Notes: generated by a model from the letters alone, not told the origin. A stretch of 64,000 nt of DNA from an uncultured Candidatus Saccharibacteria bacterium (GCA_964475855.1 CAYZAV010000001.1:49060-113059), one strand, 5' to 3'. Positions 1 through 9,584 are shown, counted from the first letter of the stretch. Program-made: numbers and translations.

Positions 1-1289
1 CCAAGGCCAAAAATTTCTTGGGCCACATCAACCAAATCATCAAACCTGCCTTCGCCAAATACGGCCCGCGGGATCATTTTCATAATCTTAGGCTTGTTGC
101 GGAGCTCTTCCAATGCTTTTTTGACTGAATCAATCAAGTAATCAAAATCGGTTTCACTCATCCACAAGTGAAACGGAAACGAAACCATGTTATCAAAAAA
201 TTCATCCGTGTTGGGGCAATTGGCAGTGCCAAATCCCGCTTTTTTAAACATAGGATATCTATAGAGGGGATGATATTGCACCACGGTTTTGATGCCGTAT
301 TTTTCTGCCAACAACTCAATTACATCATGGTTAGTTTTACGGTAACGTTTTCCATCATACCTTGCAGACAATAAATGCCAAGCGTGCATTTTTTCTTCGC
401 CCACAAACTGGAAAGAAAGTTCGGGATATTCTTTAAAAGCAGCAATAAACTTTTTAGCCCGCATCCGGCGGCGGTCATTTTGCTGGTCAATAGTTTTTAA
501 AATTTCAACACCCAATGCGCACTGCACTTCGCCAATGCAAAAATTATATGGCCAAAAACCGTCAATATCAAAATCAACATCCGACATGGCCGGCACCCAG
601 TATTTTTCACGGCCCGGCGGAAACGGCCGCACACCATTATGGCGCAGCCCCGGCACCAGCTTTACCCGTTCTTCATCCCTTACTACCACCATTCCACCCT
701 CGCCCATGGTGTTAATAGACTTTTGACCATGAAAACTAAAGCACCCAAAATCCCCCCATGTTCCCGCTTTTTTACCTTTATATTCAGCGCCAATAGCCTG
801 GGCCACATCTTCCACCACTAAAATACCGCGGAATTGGGCTAGTTCCATAATTTCATCCATCTTGGCCATCAAGCCATATAAATGTACCACCACAATAACT
901 TTTGTTTTAGGGGTAATCAGTTTTTCCAGCGTTTGACGGGTAACAAGGCGAGTGTCAGCGTCAATATCAGCCCAGACAATTTTAGCACCCGTCCGGGCAA
1001 ATGGAATGGCCGTGGCGCAAAAAGTGTGTGCAGGAATAATCACTTCATCGTCCTTGGTCAGCCGGCACAAAATGGCGGCCAACTCCAAAGCCGCGGTTGC
1101 GCTGGAAACGGCAAAAGAATGTCGCACTCCAAGATACTCTGAAAATTTAGTTTCAAATTCTTTTAAATATTTTCCCTGCGTCAATGGATCAGCCTTTTTA
1201 AGTGCCTGCACCACTGCCTCAATTTCTTCAGGCGTATATTCCACCGATTTTCCTGACCAAGGGATTTTATAAGGGTTTGGTTCTTGCAT
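1..1289 (-). CDS. DegT/DnrJ/EryC1/StrS-family PLP-dependent sugar aminotransferase (5' part in window; C-terminus runs off the window start)
   Basis: My own reverse-strand translation starts MQEPNPYKIPWSG at the ATG at 1287..1289 and reads through to position 1 without a stop. It has the FSFHGQKSI PLP-lysine motif and DegT-like blocks. It is absent from the ORF track only because it is truncated at the window edge. Confidence 0.75.
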   Translation of the reverse strand, partial: MQEPNPYKIPWSGKSVEYTPEEIEAVVQALKKADPLTQGKYLKEFETKFSEYLGVRHSFAVSSATAALELAAILCRLTKDDEVIIPAHTFCATAIPFARTGAKIVWADIDADTRLVTRQTLEKLITPKTKVIVVVHLYGLMAKMDEIMELAQFRGILVVEDVAQAIGAEYKGKKAGTWGDFGCFSFHGQKSINTMGEGGMVVVRDEERVKLVPGLRHNGVRPFPPGREKYWVPAMSDVDFDIDGFWPYNFCIGEVQCALGVEILKTIDQQNDRRRMRAKKFIAAFKEYPELSFQFVGEEKMHAWHLLSARYDGKRYRKTNHDVIELLAEKYGIKTVVQYHPLYRYPMFKKAGFGTANCPNTDEFFDNMVSFPFHLWMSETDFDYLIDSVKKALEELRNKPKIMKMIPRAVFGEGRFDDLVDVAQEIFGL

Positions 1290-1329
1290 GGCAAAATACT
1301 ACCACCTTTTACTTTTTTGTTCAATACAT

Positions 1330-1375
1330 AAAAAAATCCGCTGCGTGGTGTTCGCGGCGGATATATGTTATTTAC
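1330..1375 (-). terminator. rho-independent terminator (copy A of a 46-bp repeat)
   Basis: Minus-strand stem ATCCGCCGCG / CGCAGCGGAT (one G-U pair) with a 7-nt loop, followed by a T7 run. Lies directly 3' of the minus-strand gene ending at 1372. Identical 46 bp occur at 2485..2530. Confidence 0.55.
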
Positions 1376-1599
1376 TTGTCTTGTGACAAGATTTTTCTGG
1401 CGTCATCCAAGTTACTGTCCCGAGGCGCTTGTTCAATGGTCATACCCAGAGTAGCCCATCCTTCGGGAAGCCGTTTCTTAATTACGAGCAAGAGAGAAAC
1501 CAGACAGGCTTCTGGTTCTGCTTGTGCCTTTTCCCTGGCTTTCTCACCAAGCAGAGAAAACACCTCTTCCAAAAGTTGAACGGTCGGCTTAGTAAGCAT
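1372..1599 (-). CDS. small hypothetical protein (~75 aa); second gene of the repeat-flanked cassette
   Basis: ORF track 1372..1662. An internal ATG at 1599 (MLTKPTVQLLEE) is preceded by AAAGGAGAG (SD) and avoids overlap with the upstream gene. The stop codon lies inside the 46-bp repeat. Confidence 0.45.
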   Translation of the reverse strand: MLTKPTVQLLEEVFSLLGEKAREKAQAEPEACLVSLLLVIKKRLPEGWATLGMTIEQAPRDSNLDDARKILSQDK

Positions 1600-1621
1600 A
1601 CACTCTCCTTTCATTGCTGAG

Positions 1622-2386
1622 TTAGATTGTGTTCGGTTTGACAACATTAAGCACCACATCAAACAATCCTGTCACCCAAATTTCATCTTCGCGCATTTTC
1701 TCAGTAACTACCCGTTGCCAGAATTTTCTGACCAAATAGGCAAAGACAAAGAGTGCGCGGTCATCCACCCATTTTCCAGCCTCAAGTGCGATTGCCTGGA
1801 AATGCTTCTTGGCAAAAGCAAGCTTGTGCTTGGGCCATGGTTGGTGCCTTTTAATGAACTGGGCTTGTTCTTCTTTACTCCACACTGCATGTTCAGACAA
1901 GCGGCCTTGTTGAGGAATGACCCAGAATAAGATGGCCCGAAGCACATCTAAGCAACCTTCATCAACCGCTTGAGAGATGAAAGAACTTTGGAAACGAAAC
2001 ATGATCCGGACAACCTGGGTGGCTTCTTCGATAGGTTTGTGATCCGCATCAAAGAAAACACCATCAACAGAGTAAACTGACCAACCGAAGAATGGCGAAG
2101 AATACATTTCAATTCGGCGAATAGCTTCATCGACTGAAATGATTTTATTAGCAGGTTTTTTCTCACTGTAACGATCAGGGTCAAAGAGTGCTGGGAAGGC
2201 CTTAAATTCTTCGACCAAATTTCCCACATCATACTTCAGATAAGCCTTCACCTCTGTTTCTTCGTAGCCGTAACGCAGGGCATCAAAGATAGAACCATAG
2301 TAAGCGGCCCTTTTGGGAAAGTAAATTTCCACAAAAACGCTACGCTCGCTCCGATTAAAGAAATAACTCAACCCCGGTTCTTGCAT
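1622..2386 (-). CDS. hypothetical protein, 254 aa, no recognisable family
   Basis: Long ORF with coding-like composition. Forms a tight pair with the small ORF at 1372..1599. Flanked by identical 46-bp repeats. Confidence 0.55.
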   Translation of the reverse strand: MQEPGLSYFFNRSERSVFVEIYFPKRAAYYGSIFDALRYGYEETEVKAYLKYDVGNLVEEFKAFPALFDPDRYSEKKPANKIISVDEAIRRIEMYSSPFFGWSVYSVDGVFFDADHKPIEEATQVVRIMFRFQSSFISQAVDEGCLDVLRAILFWVIPQQGRLSEHAVWSKEEQAQFIKRHQPWPKHKLAFAKKHFQAIALEAGKWVDDRALFVFAYLVRKFWQRVVTEKMREDEIWVTGLFDVVLNVVKPNTI

Positions 2387-2484
2387 GCTTGTTTCCTTTT
2401 ATCAAAGGGATATTTTGGTAAAGAACAACTCACCTTTTAAATACCAAATCCACAGAAAATGTCAATGTAGACGGAATCGAATCG

Positions 2485-2530
2485 AAAAAAATCCGCTGCG
2501 TGGTGTTCGCGGCGGATATATGTTATTTAC
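2485..2530 (-). terminator. rho-independent terminator (copy B of the 46-bp repeat)
   Basis: Exact copy of AAAAAAATCCGCTGCGTGGTGTTCGCGGCGGATATATGTTATTTAC seen at 1330..1375. Minus-strand hairpin plus T-run, downstream of the 2814..3929 operon. Confidence 0.55.
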
Positions 2531-2591
2531 CTCGGTTAAGAGGTTTGTTGTTCTTTTTCCCTGGCGATACGAAGGTAATCATTGGCGAAGT

Positions 2592-2804
2592 TCATCGCGT
2601 AGTCAAAGCTTGGGGTGCTATGGTCGCCAAGCAAATACCAGTTCCGCGAATCGGAAAGGTCGCGCCTGAGTTCATACTCGCCATATCTTTGCGGCCAGGC
2701 AAAGCCGGCCTTTTTTTGATGGAGTCGACCACTTGGTCAATTACTGCCGGCAACGTAGACTGGGAAAGGAGTTTCCTTTGCAGATCTTCATGGGACATCA
2801 TCAT
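2592..2804 (-). CDS. small hypothetical protein (70 aa), possibly co-transcribed with the GT-B gene
   Basis: ORF 10 nt downstream of the stop of 2814..3929 on the same strand, upstream of the terminator copy B. No family recognised. Confidence 0.25.
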   Translation of the reverse strand: MMMSHEDLQRKLLSQSTLPAVIDQVVDSIKKRPALPGRKDMASMNSGATFPIRGTGICLATIAPQALTTR

Positions 2805-2813
2805 GACCTTTCT

Positions 2814-3929
2814 CTAGTCAGGAATCATGGAATATATCAACTCAGCCACACGGCTAGTTGCTTTGCCGTCAGTGGTGAATTCAGTGGTTTTTTCGACAAT
2901 CAAATAGCGATATTGAGGGTATTGAGCCAAGTTAAGTATTGCTTTGCAACCTTCTGGCACATATCCTGCGGAAATAACTTTTTTCCTACTGATAATCAAC
3001 TGGTCTTTGCCCTGTAAACCCGGCTGCAAGCTGACGCAGGGACGGCCCATGTACACGGCTTCAATGCCCACTGTGGAGAATCCAACAATGGTCAGGTCGG
3101 CTGCAAGCGCCAAAGTTTGGGAATCAATATTTGTGACCAGTTTGACGCGGTCGGTCACTGGCGCAATCGCCTTGGAAATTTTTTGAATGTCTTGCACTGG
3201 CATCCGCGGATGCAGCTTAATGGCGATATAAACGTTCGGCAACATGGGCAGCGCATGGATAATCAAATTAATGATGTCCAAATCCCAGTAACCGTACTGC
3301 TCTTTTTCTATCTCAAAGACATTGCCGGCGAAAAAAAATACGGTGCCCGGCAAGAATCCGATTTTTTCGCGGATCTTCTGGCGGTCCTGGCAAGAAAAAT
3401 TCTGACCCTTTTGCGCCAAATTGTCATAATGGGGATTTCCCGTCACCACCAGTTTTTCTGGCGGAAAACCAAGGTCCAGCATTTCATGTTTAGCGATGCT
3501 GTCCATGACAGCAATTTTGTCCGGTAGACAATCAAGTTCTTGTCCCGTCCGCTGGTCGGTAAAACGTCGGACATACCCCGCCCAGAAATCAAGCACTGAA
3601 AGCGTGGGGATTTTTGCCTTTCTGCCGGCTTGGACCAGACTATGCTCAATAAGCTCTTCCGTTTCTTGTTGGGCAGCGGTTCCGAGCAAAATCAAGTCCG
3701 GGGCGGCGGCCGCAAGCAGGACTTCCATTGACTGGCAAGATACATCCGGCAAGCCCATTTCTGACAGGGGCATAAAAGGCAGGCCAACGGTTTGTAATGC
3801 AGCAACCGTAAATTGCTGTCCGAAAATCAGAACTTCCAGATTTTCATCTGCCACCAGCTGTTTCAACACCGGCACCAAAGCGTTCATACCGCGCGGATGC
3901 GAAGCCGTGGCCAAAATTTTCTTCTTCAC
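2814..3929 (-). CDS. GT-B-fold surface-polysaccharide biosynthesis protein (UDP-GlcNAc 2-epimerase/PseG-like superfamily)
   Basis: 371-aa ORF with a two-Rossmann-domain-like layout (N-term MKKKILATASHPRGMN..., C-term GIEAVYMGRPCV...). Sits in a glycan-biosynthesis gene neighbourhood. Confidence 0.5.
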   Translation of the reverse strand: MKKKILATASHPRGMNALVPVLKQLVADENLEVLIFGQQFTVAALQTVGLPFMPLSEMGLPDVSCQSMEVLLAAAAPDLILLGTAAQQETEELIEHSLVQAGRKAKIPTLSVLDFWAGYVRRFTDQRTGQELDCLPDKIAVMDSIAKHEMLDLGFPPEKLVVTGNPHYDNLAQKGQNFSCQDRQKIREKIGFLPGTVFFFAGNVFEIEKEQYGYWDLDIINLIIHALPMLPNVYIAIKLHPRMPVQDIQKISKAIAPVTDRVKLVTNIDSQTLALAADLTIVGFSTVGIEAVYMGRPCVSLQPGLQGKDQLIISRKKVISAGYVPEGCKAILNLAQYPQYRYLIVEKTTEFTTDGKATSRVAELIYSMIPD

Positions 3930-3980
3930 ATTTCACCTCTTGAGTAGAAGGATTAAATTGGTAACGAACAGTTATAGCTT

Positions 3981-4012
3981 GATATATTATATGATTAAAT
4001 TAAACTTGTCAA
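3981..4012 (-). promoter_or_regulatory. sigma70-like promoter for the 2814..3929 operon
   Basis: Minus-strand TTGACA, a 17-nt spacer, then TAATAT (TATAAT two nt upstream), about 50 nt upstream of the start at 3929. Confidence 0.35.
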
Positions 4013-4066
4013 TGGCAAACATTTCCCACGGAAAAACCGCGACACGTGTAAGAAAAACGCAACTTT

Positions 4067-4753
4067 TTACGTATTTTTTAATAGTACAATCACCTCGTGA
4101 TTGGTTTGGCGGTTTAGCTCAATAGTTTCAACCAATTCATAATCCAACAAACCAATCATTTGCTCGGGAGTTGATGCCAAGTCGGCGCCGTATTTTTGCT
4201 GGCCGGGTTTGTAAAATGTCTGGCGGATTAACACATACCCGCCTTCGCGAGGCTGAAGCCCGCTTCGGCGTGGCGAAGGCCCGCCCTTTTTCAAGTTCTT
4301 TTTCAAGTGGCCCATGATTTTTTTGAAATCATACAAAATGTACCAGAGCACATTTGAGACAATGATCAGGTCAAATTCCCCCTTGATAGCTTGGTGCTCT
4401 TTTTGGATATCCAGTACTGAAAAATCAATATTGTTATACGAAGCTTTGGCTTTTGTAATAGCTGTTTCTGAAATATCAATGCCTAATATTTCCGCGCCCG
4501 GAAACTCTGTTTTTATACGGCCATCAAACGCCCCTTTGCCGCAGCCAATATCTAAAATCTTCGGATTTTTACCGCAATATTTTCCAAGCAAATACAGGCA
4601 CATGTCATAAGAAGCAATATCTGCCGCCCCGTGATGCCAGGGGTCGTCCACATTCTGATACATGGCCTCAAATTCACCGATGAATTTGCCGTCTTTGATG
4701 ACGTAATCGTGGTAGTCTTTAGAATCCATTATTTTTGCGGACCAAAATGGCAC
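4067..4753 (-). CDS. class I SAM-dependent methyltransferase
   Basis: Motif I ILDIGCGKGAF, motif II DLIIVSNVL, post-III LKKGG...YVLI. Contains a 14-aa in-frame insert encoded by a GC-rich palindrome. Confidence 0.8.
   Translation of the reverse strand: MPFWSAKIMDSKDYHDYVIKDGKFIGEFEAMYQNVDDPWHHGAADIASYDMCLYLLGKYCGKNPKILDIGCGKGAFDGRIKTEFPGAEILGIDISETAITKAKASYNNIDFSVLDIQKEHQAIKGEFDLIIVSNVLWYILYDFKKIMGHLKKNLKKGGPSPRRSGLQPREGGYVLIRQTFYKPGQQKYGADLASTPEQMIGLLDYELVETIELNRQTNHEVIVLLKNT
4238..4286. repeat. GC-rich nested palindromic element inserted in-frame within the methyltransferase gene
   Basis: CCCGCC-GCCTTCGC...GAAGCCCGCTTC...GCGAAGGC-CCCGCC. Outer 8-bp inverted repeat (4241..4248 / 4273..4280), inner 12-bp palindrome GAAGCCCGCTTC (4255..4266), flanking CCCGCC direct repeats. 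Encodes PSPRRSGLQPREGG between LKKGG and YVLI. Confidence 0.5.
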
Positions 4754-5444
4754 TAATGTCGCTTTTTAAAATCTTGGCATTGGGCACCACACAGTGGCCA
4801 CCGATTTTTCCTTTCATATACGTTAAATGGGGCCGTAAAACTTCTGGCCGGCCCAATTTTTTATAGCCTTCGTTATAGGTTTTATTGGCATGGGTATATA
4901 CAGTCTCAAAATCAACATCATTATCATCACACCATTTTTTCATCTCTTTATTTAAAATAATCATCCAACCGTATTGAGTGGTATCCCATAATTTCAGAGC
5001 TTCAGTAGTTTTCGAGGAATTAACCAGCTGGGTTGTAATTCCAAGGCTCCTTAAATGCTTTTGGGCCGCGAGCCCCGTTTTTTTATCATCGGCGCCGATA
5101 TATTTTACAAACGTCTTGATACCTTTGTATAAATTCGGATGCACCCCGCGCACCGGACTATGTACCGCCATCGGGCCAATTTTTTTAATGGTCCCCGGGG
5201 CCACGGTTGAGTGCACAATAACTAATTTCGGATTTGAGGATGCTATTTCTTTTTTGACAATGCTGACAAATTTTGGACTAAACGGAATGCACACATGTAA
5301 AACATCCAAACTTACAAGTCCGTCGTCACGCTTCAAGTCTTTGATTTTTACCCGCCCTGAGCCTGTCGAAGGGTAGAATTTAGCAATGGCCTGGCCAATC
5401 TCGCCAAATCCTAAAATACCTATTTTTTCAGCTGATTTTTTCAT
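4719..5444 (-). CDS. NAD(P)-binding Rossmann-fold dehydrogenase-like protein (nucleotide-sugar dehydrogenase-related)
   Basis: N-terminal GILGFGEIGQAIA dinucleotide-binding motif. KIGGHCVVPNAKIL resembles the catalytic-Cys region of UDP-glucose dehydrogenases. 241 aa. Confidence 0.55.
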   Translation of the reverse strand: MKKSAEKIGILGFGEIGQAIAKFYPSTGSGRVKIKDLKRDDGLVSLDVLHVCIPFSPKFVSIVKKEIASSNPKLVIVHSTVAPGTIKKIGPMAVHSPVRGVHPNLYKGIKTFVKYIGADDKKTGLAAQKHLRSLGITTQLVNSSKTTEALKLWDTTQYGWMIILNKEMKKWCDDNDVDFETVYTHANKTYNEGYKKLGRPEVLRPHLTYMKGKIGGHCVVPNAKILKSDISAILVRKNNGF

Positions 5445-5881
5445 GAAATAGTACGTACGTTGTTGATTAGTTTTGACGAACTCTGTATTTTATCCCCGCC
5501 CACACCATTTACAACCGTAATATTAAAATCCCGGCACACTTTTTTTTCACTTTCGGGAAGATTATCAAAATGCCGATCGCCGCCCTTGGCAAATACCAGT
5601 TCATGGCCAATATATTTGGCCGCCACCGCTTTCAAGCTTTCAGCTATATGCCCGCCTTTATCAACAGAAAGAAATACTGCGTCAACGTGCTTTATATCGC
5701 CCACAATCTGCAGCCGTTCTTGCTCGGCCATAAAAGGCTTGGATCCCTTCACATCTACCTGGGCATCGTTATTTACAATTACCACCAGATGATCCCCCAG
5801 TTTTTTTGCTTCCCGGAACAGATTCATATGTCCCGCATGCACGGGATTAAAGTATCCAGAAGTAATGACTATTTTTTTCAT
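5441..5881 (-). CDS. cytidylyltransferase-family nucleotidyltransferase (TagD/RfaE-domain-II-like)
   Basis: ITSGYFNPVHAGH (HxGH motif), 146 aa, 4-nt overlap with the upstream gene. Confidence 0.75.
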   Translation of the reverse strand: MKKIVITSGYFNPVHAGHMNLFREAKKLGDHLVVIVNNDAQVDVKGSKPFMAEQERLQIVGDIKHVDAVFLSVDKGGHIAESLKAVAAKYIGHELVFAKGGDRHFDNLPESEKKVCRDFNITVVNGVGGDKIQSSSKLINNVRTIS

Positions 5882-5917
5882 TGCTTTTTATATGGTTAAT
5901 TTGTATCATGAAACCAC

Positions 5918-8539
5918 ATGAAAAACAACCACGCTATTTATCCGTCAAGAGTGCGAAATATTATTTTTTGGGGCTTGGCAGCCGCCCTTTGGCTGCCCCA
6001 TTTTGTTTTCCCGCCATCCTTCCGGCCGTCTGATTGGAGCCGCAGTATTTTGTTCCGACTTATCATTACGGGCCTCATTACGTGGCTAGCGTACCTCTTT
6101 TTTTATAAACGGGAAATTTCTTTTTCCATTCCCGGGCGCAAAAACTCGGCAGCGCTGCCATGGTTACTTTTATTAGCGTTTTTTGCCATCTCACTAATTT
6201 CAACCGTCTTTTCCCAAGACACCCTGTTCAGTTTTTTTGGCGGGCCGGCACGATCAGGCGGTATACTAATGCTACTTTTTTTCCTGGCATTTATCGCCGT
6301 GGCTGCGTTTTTTGTCAAAGGCGAAGACTGGGAAAAGCTAATGCATGCCAATTTTATTGTTGGCATAGCAGCCAGCCTGTTTGCCATTATTCAATATTTC
6401 GGACTTTTTGGCGACATCCTTGTCAGCTGGGCGGCGGGAGGCCCTCCTTCGTTTATCGGTAGCTCTACAGCACTTGCCATTTACATGATTTTTCTACTGT
6501 TTTCAGCGGCGGCGTTATTACTGAAAACAACTGAAAAAAGCAAACGAATGTGGTACGCGGGCCTGGCCACGTTATTTTTAATTTGTATTTTGGTTACCGG
6601 GTCGCGCGCCACCTATCTTGCAGTATTGGCAGGCGGGGCTTATCTGCTCTTTTTCCTGCCCATCAGCGCGCATGCCGGAAACACTTCCTTGGTAAAAAAA
6701 ATCCGCTATGCAAAAATTGCCGCCCTGGCACTTGGCGCACTGGCACTATTGGCCCTCATATATATAAACACTAGTCCGACACTACCCTCGTTCATAGAAA
6801 ATAACGCCCGTATTTCTTACATTGTCCATGATCGGCTTTCATTTAAAGTAGTGGCCACTGATTTGTTGGGCACCCGTTTTTCCGCCTGGAAAATAACTTG
6901 GCAAGCCATTATGGAAAAGCCATGGCTTGGCTTTGGCCCGGAAAATTTTCACATTGGATTTGAAACATATTTTGACCCTAAACTGCCGCCAAGCCTGCAA
7001 AAACTCTGGTTTGACCGCCCGCATAATATTTTTCTTGAAATTTGGGCCAATTCGGGTATTTTTGCATTATTGGCTTATCTTGCATTTTGGACGGTGTTAC
7101 TATGGAAGCTGCACCAGCACAAAAAAAGCCAACCAGAAAACAGACTTAAAATATTCCCCCATGCCCTGCAGGCCATGTTTATTGCTTACTTAATTGCCCT
7201 TTTCTTTAACTTTGACAGTTTTGCCACCTGGATTGCCTCATTCTTTTTTGTAGCCTTTGCGCTCTACCTATTGGCAGAGCCCGGGGAAAAAATTACATTC
7301 CTTCCCCCAAAAAAACCGTTGAGAGCGGGAGCCGTAATTGCCCTCGTAGCCGTTCCTTCACTGGCACTATTTATCTGGTTCTGGAACATAAAACCTCTGT
7401 ATCTTTTTGAACGCATGTCGTATGCCAGCCATATGGCCGATGACAAACGCTGCACCGAGGCACTGGCCATAGCCGATACCACTAACCTTAAACATTCCGG
7501 CATATTAAAATCTTCCAACAACCTGCTCTATTCTGAAATTATCAAAAACTGCACCTGGACCGTGCCCGAAAAAGAAGCTACTAATTCAGCCAAGGCACTT
7601 TCTATGCTGCAAATTGCTTCGGCCTACCAACCGGGTTTTAGTCGGACATGGCTTTTCATGGGCGGATTTGCCAATGTTCTTGCCGCGCGCGAGGAAAACC
7701 TGCAAAAACGACAAGAATGGCTGACAAAAGCGCATGAATACTTAAAAAAAGCCCGGCAACTAAGCCCGGGTCGCCAAGAAATGTTACTGGAGCTAGAAAA
7801 AAGCTACCTAGTAGCTGAAGATTTTGCCATGATGGAAAAAACAGGACAAGAATGCACCGCCATTGACCCTGAATTGGGAGAGTGTTATTGGTACCAAGGA
7901 GTTGCACAAGTTTTCCTGGGAAAACAGGAAGAAGGAGCAAAAAACGTAGCCCTGTCAAAAGAAAAGGGGTACAATAATCCCCCACACAAGCAATTGGCCA
8001 TTGCCTACATACAACAAAAAAACTGGAAAGAAGCGGTAATAGAATATGAACGGATAGACATACCAACTAACCCAGAGCAAGCTGCCAGCCATCACGCCAC
8101 CCTTGCCTATCTATACCGCCAAGCCGGTGACTATACTGCGGCCGGACAAGAGGCCTTAAAGGTGTTTAAGGCACAACCCGAGAACCCCGAAACTCTACCA
8201 TTTTTAATTGCCTTGCTTGGCGTAAGCCCCAATGACCCGGTTTTGCATACTTCATTAGCATATGTATACACACAAACGGGCCAGGATGCCAAAGCACTGC
8301 AGGAAATTATTACTGCCAAAAATATTTATTTAAGACTAGTAAAAACTAACCCGAACAACTGGGACTACCACTGGAGCCTGGCGGGAATCAGCCACACCTT
8401 AAAAGAGTATGACCGTGCTTACCAAGAAGCTCTCATTACCTTAAAACTCCGGCCGGATCTGCAGAAACCGATAGAAGATCTGCTTAGTCGCATGCCGGAA
8501 AAGTACTGGACCGAATACACATACGAAAGATCCCGGTAA
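5918..8539 (+). CDS. O-antigen-ligase (Wzy_C)-domain polytopic membrane protein with C-terminal TPR repeats
   Basis: Many TM segments. GSRATYLAVLAGGAYLLF Wzy_C-like block. C-terminal ~400 aa is TPR-like (repeated A..Y...G.Y..A...Y...L). Confidence 0.7.
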   Translation: MKNNHAIYPSRVRNIIFWGLAAALWLPHFVFPPSFRPSDWSRSILFRLIITGLITWLAYLFFYKREISFSIPGRKNSAALPWLLLLAFFAISLISTVFSQDTLFSFFGGPARSGGILMLLFFLAFIAVAAFFVKGEDWEKLMHANFIVGIAASLFAIIQYFGLFGDILVSWAAGGPPSFIGSSTALAIYMIFLLFSAAALLLKTTEKSKRMWYAGLATLFLICILVTGSRATYLAVLAGGAYLLFFLPISAHAGNTSLVKKIRYAKIAALALGALALLALIYINTSPTLPSFIENNARISYIVHDRLSFKVVATDLLGTRFSAWKITWQAIMEKPWLGFGPENFHIGFETYFDPKLPPSLQKLWFDRPHNIFLEIWANSGIFALLAYLAFWTVLLWKLHQHKKSQPENRLKIFPHALQAMFIAYLIALFFNFDSFATWIASFFFVAFALYLLAEPGEKITFLPPKKPLRAGAVIALVAVPSLALFIWFWNIKPLYLFERMSYASHMADDKRCTEALAIADTTNLKHSGILKSSNNLLYSEIIKNCTWTVPEKEATNSAKALSMLQIASAYQPGFSRTWLFMGGFANVLAAREENLQKRQEWLTKAHEYLKKARQLSPGRQEMLLELEKSYLVAEDFAMMEKTGQECTAIDPELGECYWYQGVAQVFLGKQEEGAKNVALSKEKGYNNPPHKQLAIAYIQQKNWKEAVIEYERIDIPTNPEQAASHHATLAYLYRQAGDYTAAGQEALKVFKAQPENPETLPFLIALLGVSPNDPVLHTSLAYVYTQTGQDAKALQEIITAKNIYLRLVKTNPNNWDYHWSLAGISHTLKEYDRAYQEALITLKLRPDLQKPIEDLLSRMPEKYWTEYTYERSR

Positions 8540-8541
8540 TC

Positions 8542-9546
8542 TTATTTATAAGAAATATACCCCTTGTATACGGCCTCTGAAATATTTTTTATCATTGCCT
8601 GCAACGCGCGCTCATCGGTGCCCTTGGTCATAACGCACAAAAAATACGGGTTAGGCGGATAATATACAATACCACAATCGTGTAGTTCCACGGCTTGTAC
8701 GCCACTAGAGTCGGCAGTGACATACTGTCCGAATTTATGGGCCACGGTTATGTTTTCAGGCACACCGGCCACCATCGCATCGCGATACGTGGCCTGGGAA
8801 AGAATTTGCAATGCCTGTTCCGACAGGCTTTTGCGAAGATAGGTGGCGCTATATAATATCCTGAAAAATAATGAATACGAGCGCGGGGAGATGGTGAAAT
8901 TTCCCGGCACGTGGTCGGGGTTTTCAATACCCAGTACGGCGTACAGATCCGCCAAGATAGTCTGGTTGATATTTGCCAGCAGTAAAAACTCAGCGCCATT
9001 ATCGGAAGCGGTAATCATCGTATCAATCAAATATTGGACTTGGTATTTTTTGCCAATTTCAAGCAGCGTGCCCGTATTATACGGGTTTTGTTTGAGCAAC
9101 GCATCCAAATCAGCGATGTACACCAGTTCTTTTTCTAAAATAGCACTTTGAGTTTCCTGTTCTTTAAAATACGTCACCATGATGACTACCTTCAAAATAC
9201 TAGCCGGATTATACTTTTTATTTTCATTTACCCCGATCCAGCGCCCGCGGTTTAAATCCGACAAAAAAACTGAAGCATCGGCAACTTGGCCCTTGTTTTT
9301 AGCGGCAGTAATAATATCTGATATATCACCCTTTAGCGATGCCAGGCCCTGTTCCTCAACACTAGGAATAACATAAGCCAATAGCGGGTCAATGAATTTG
9401 TATCTTGGATCATGCTCGCGCAGCGGGGTTATCATGGCCAGACTTTGCACCAAAACATTATGCTCGTTATAAAAACCGGCGGAATACCCCGCCGCAGCGC
9501 CAGCTAAAAATATGCCAAGGCACATGATAATGCCAAACTTATTCAT
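8542..9546 (-). CDS. serine hydrolase with class A beta-lactamase-like fold
   Basis: Signal/TM N-terminus. S-x-x-K (PASILKV) and S-D-N (ASDNGA) motifs. KTG is replaced by KFG, so the enzymatic assignment is uncertain. Confidence 0.55.
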   Translation of the reverse strand: MNKFGIIMCLGIFLAGAAAGYSAGFYNEHNVLVQSLAMITPLREHDPRYKFIDPLLAYVIPSVEEQGLASLKGDISDIITAAKNKGQVADASVFLSDLNRGRWIGVNENKKYNPASILKVVIMVTYFKEQETQSAILEKELVYIADLDALLKQNPYNTGTLLEIGKKYQVQYLIDTMITASDNGAEFLLLANINQTILADLYAVLGIENPDHVPGNFTISPRSYSLFFRILYSATYLRKSLSEQALQILSQATYRDAMVAGVPENITVAHKFGQYVTADSSGVQAVELHDCGIVYYPPNPYFLCVMTKGTDERALQAMIKNISEAVYKGYISYK

Positions 9547-9584
9547 ATTCCCATCATTTTATCACTAAAAAAACTGACATTGCA

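Noticed and set aside
168-1272. Several short plus-strand ORFs from the ORF track at the window start
   Set aside because: They lie antisense within a continuous minus-strand reading frame that translates into a clear DegT-family aminotransferase with its PLP-lysine motif. Spurious.
2385-2817. Plus-strand ORFs 2385..2669 and 2500..2817
   Set aside because: They overlap the repeat/terminator and the minus-strand small ORF. No SD. Translations are low-complexity. Not supported.
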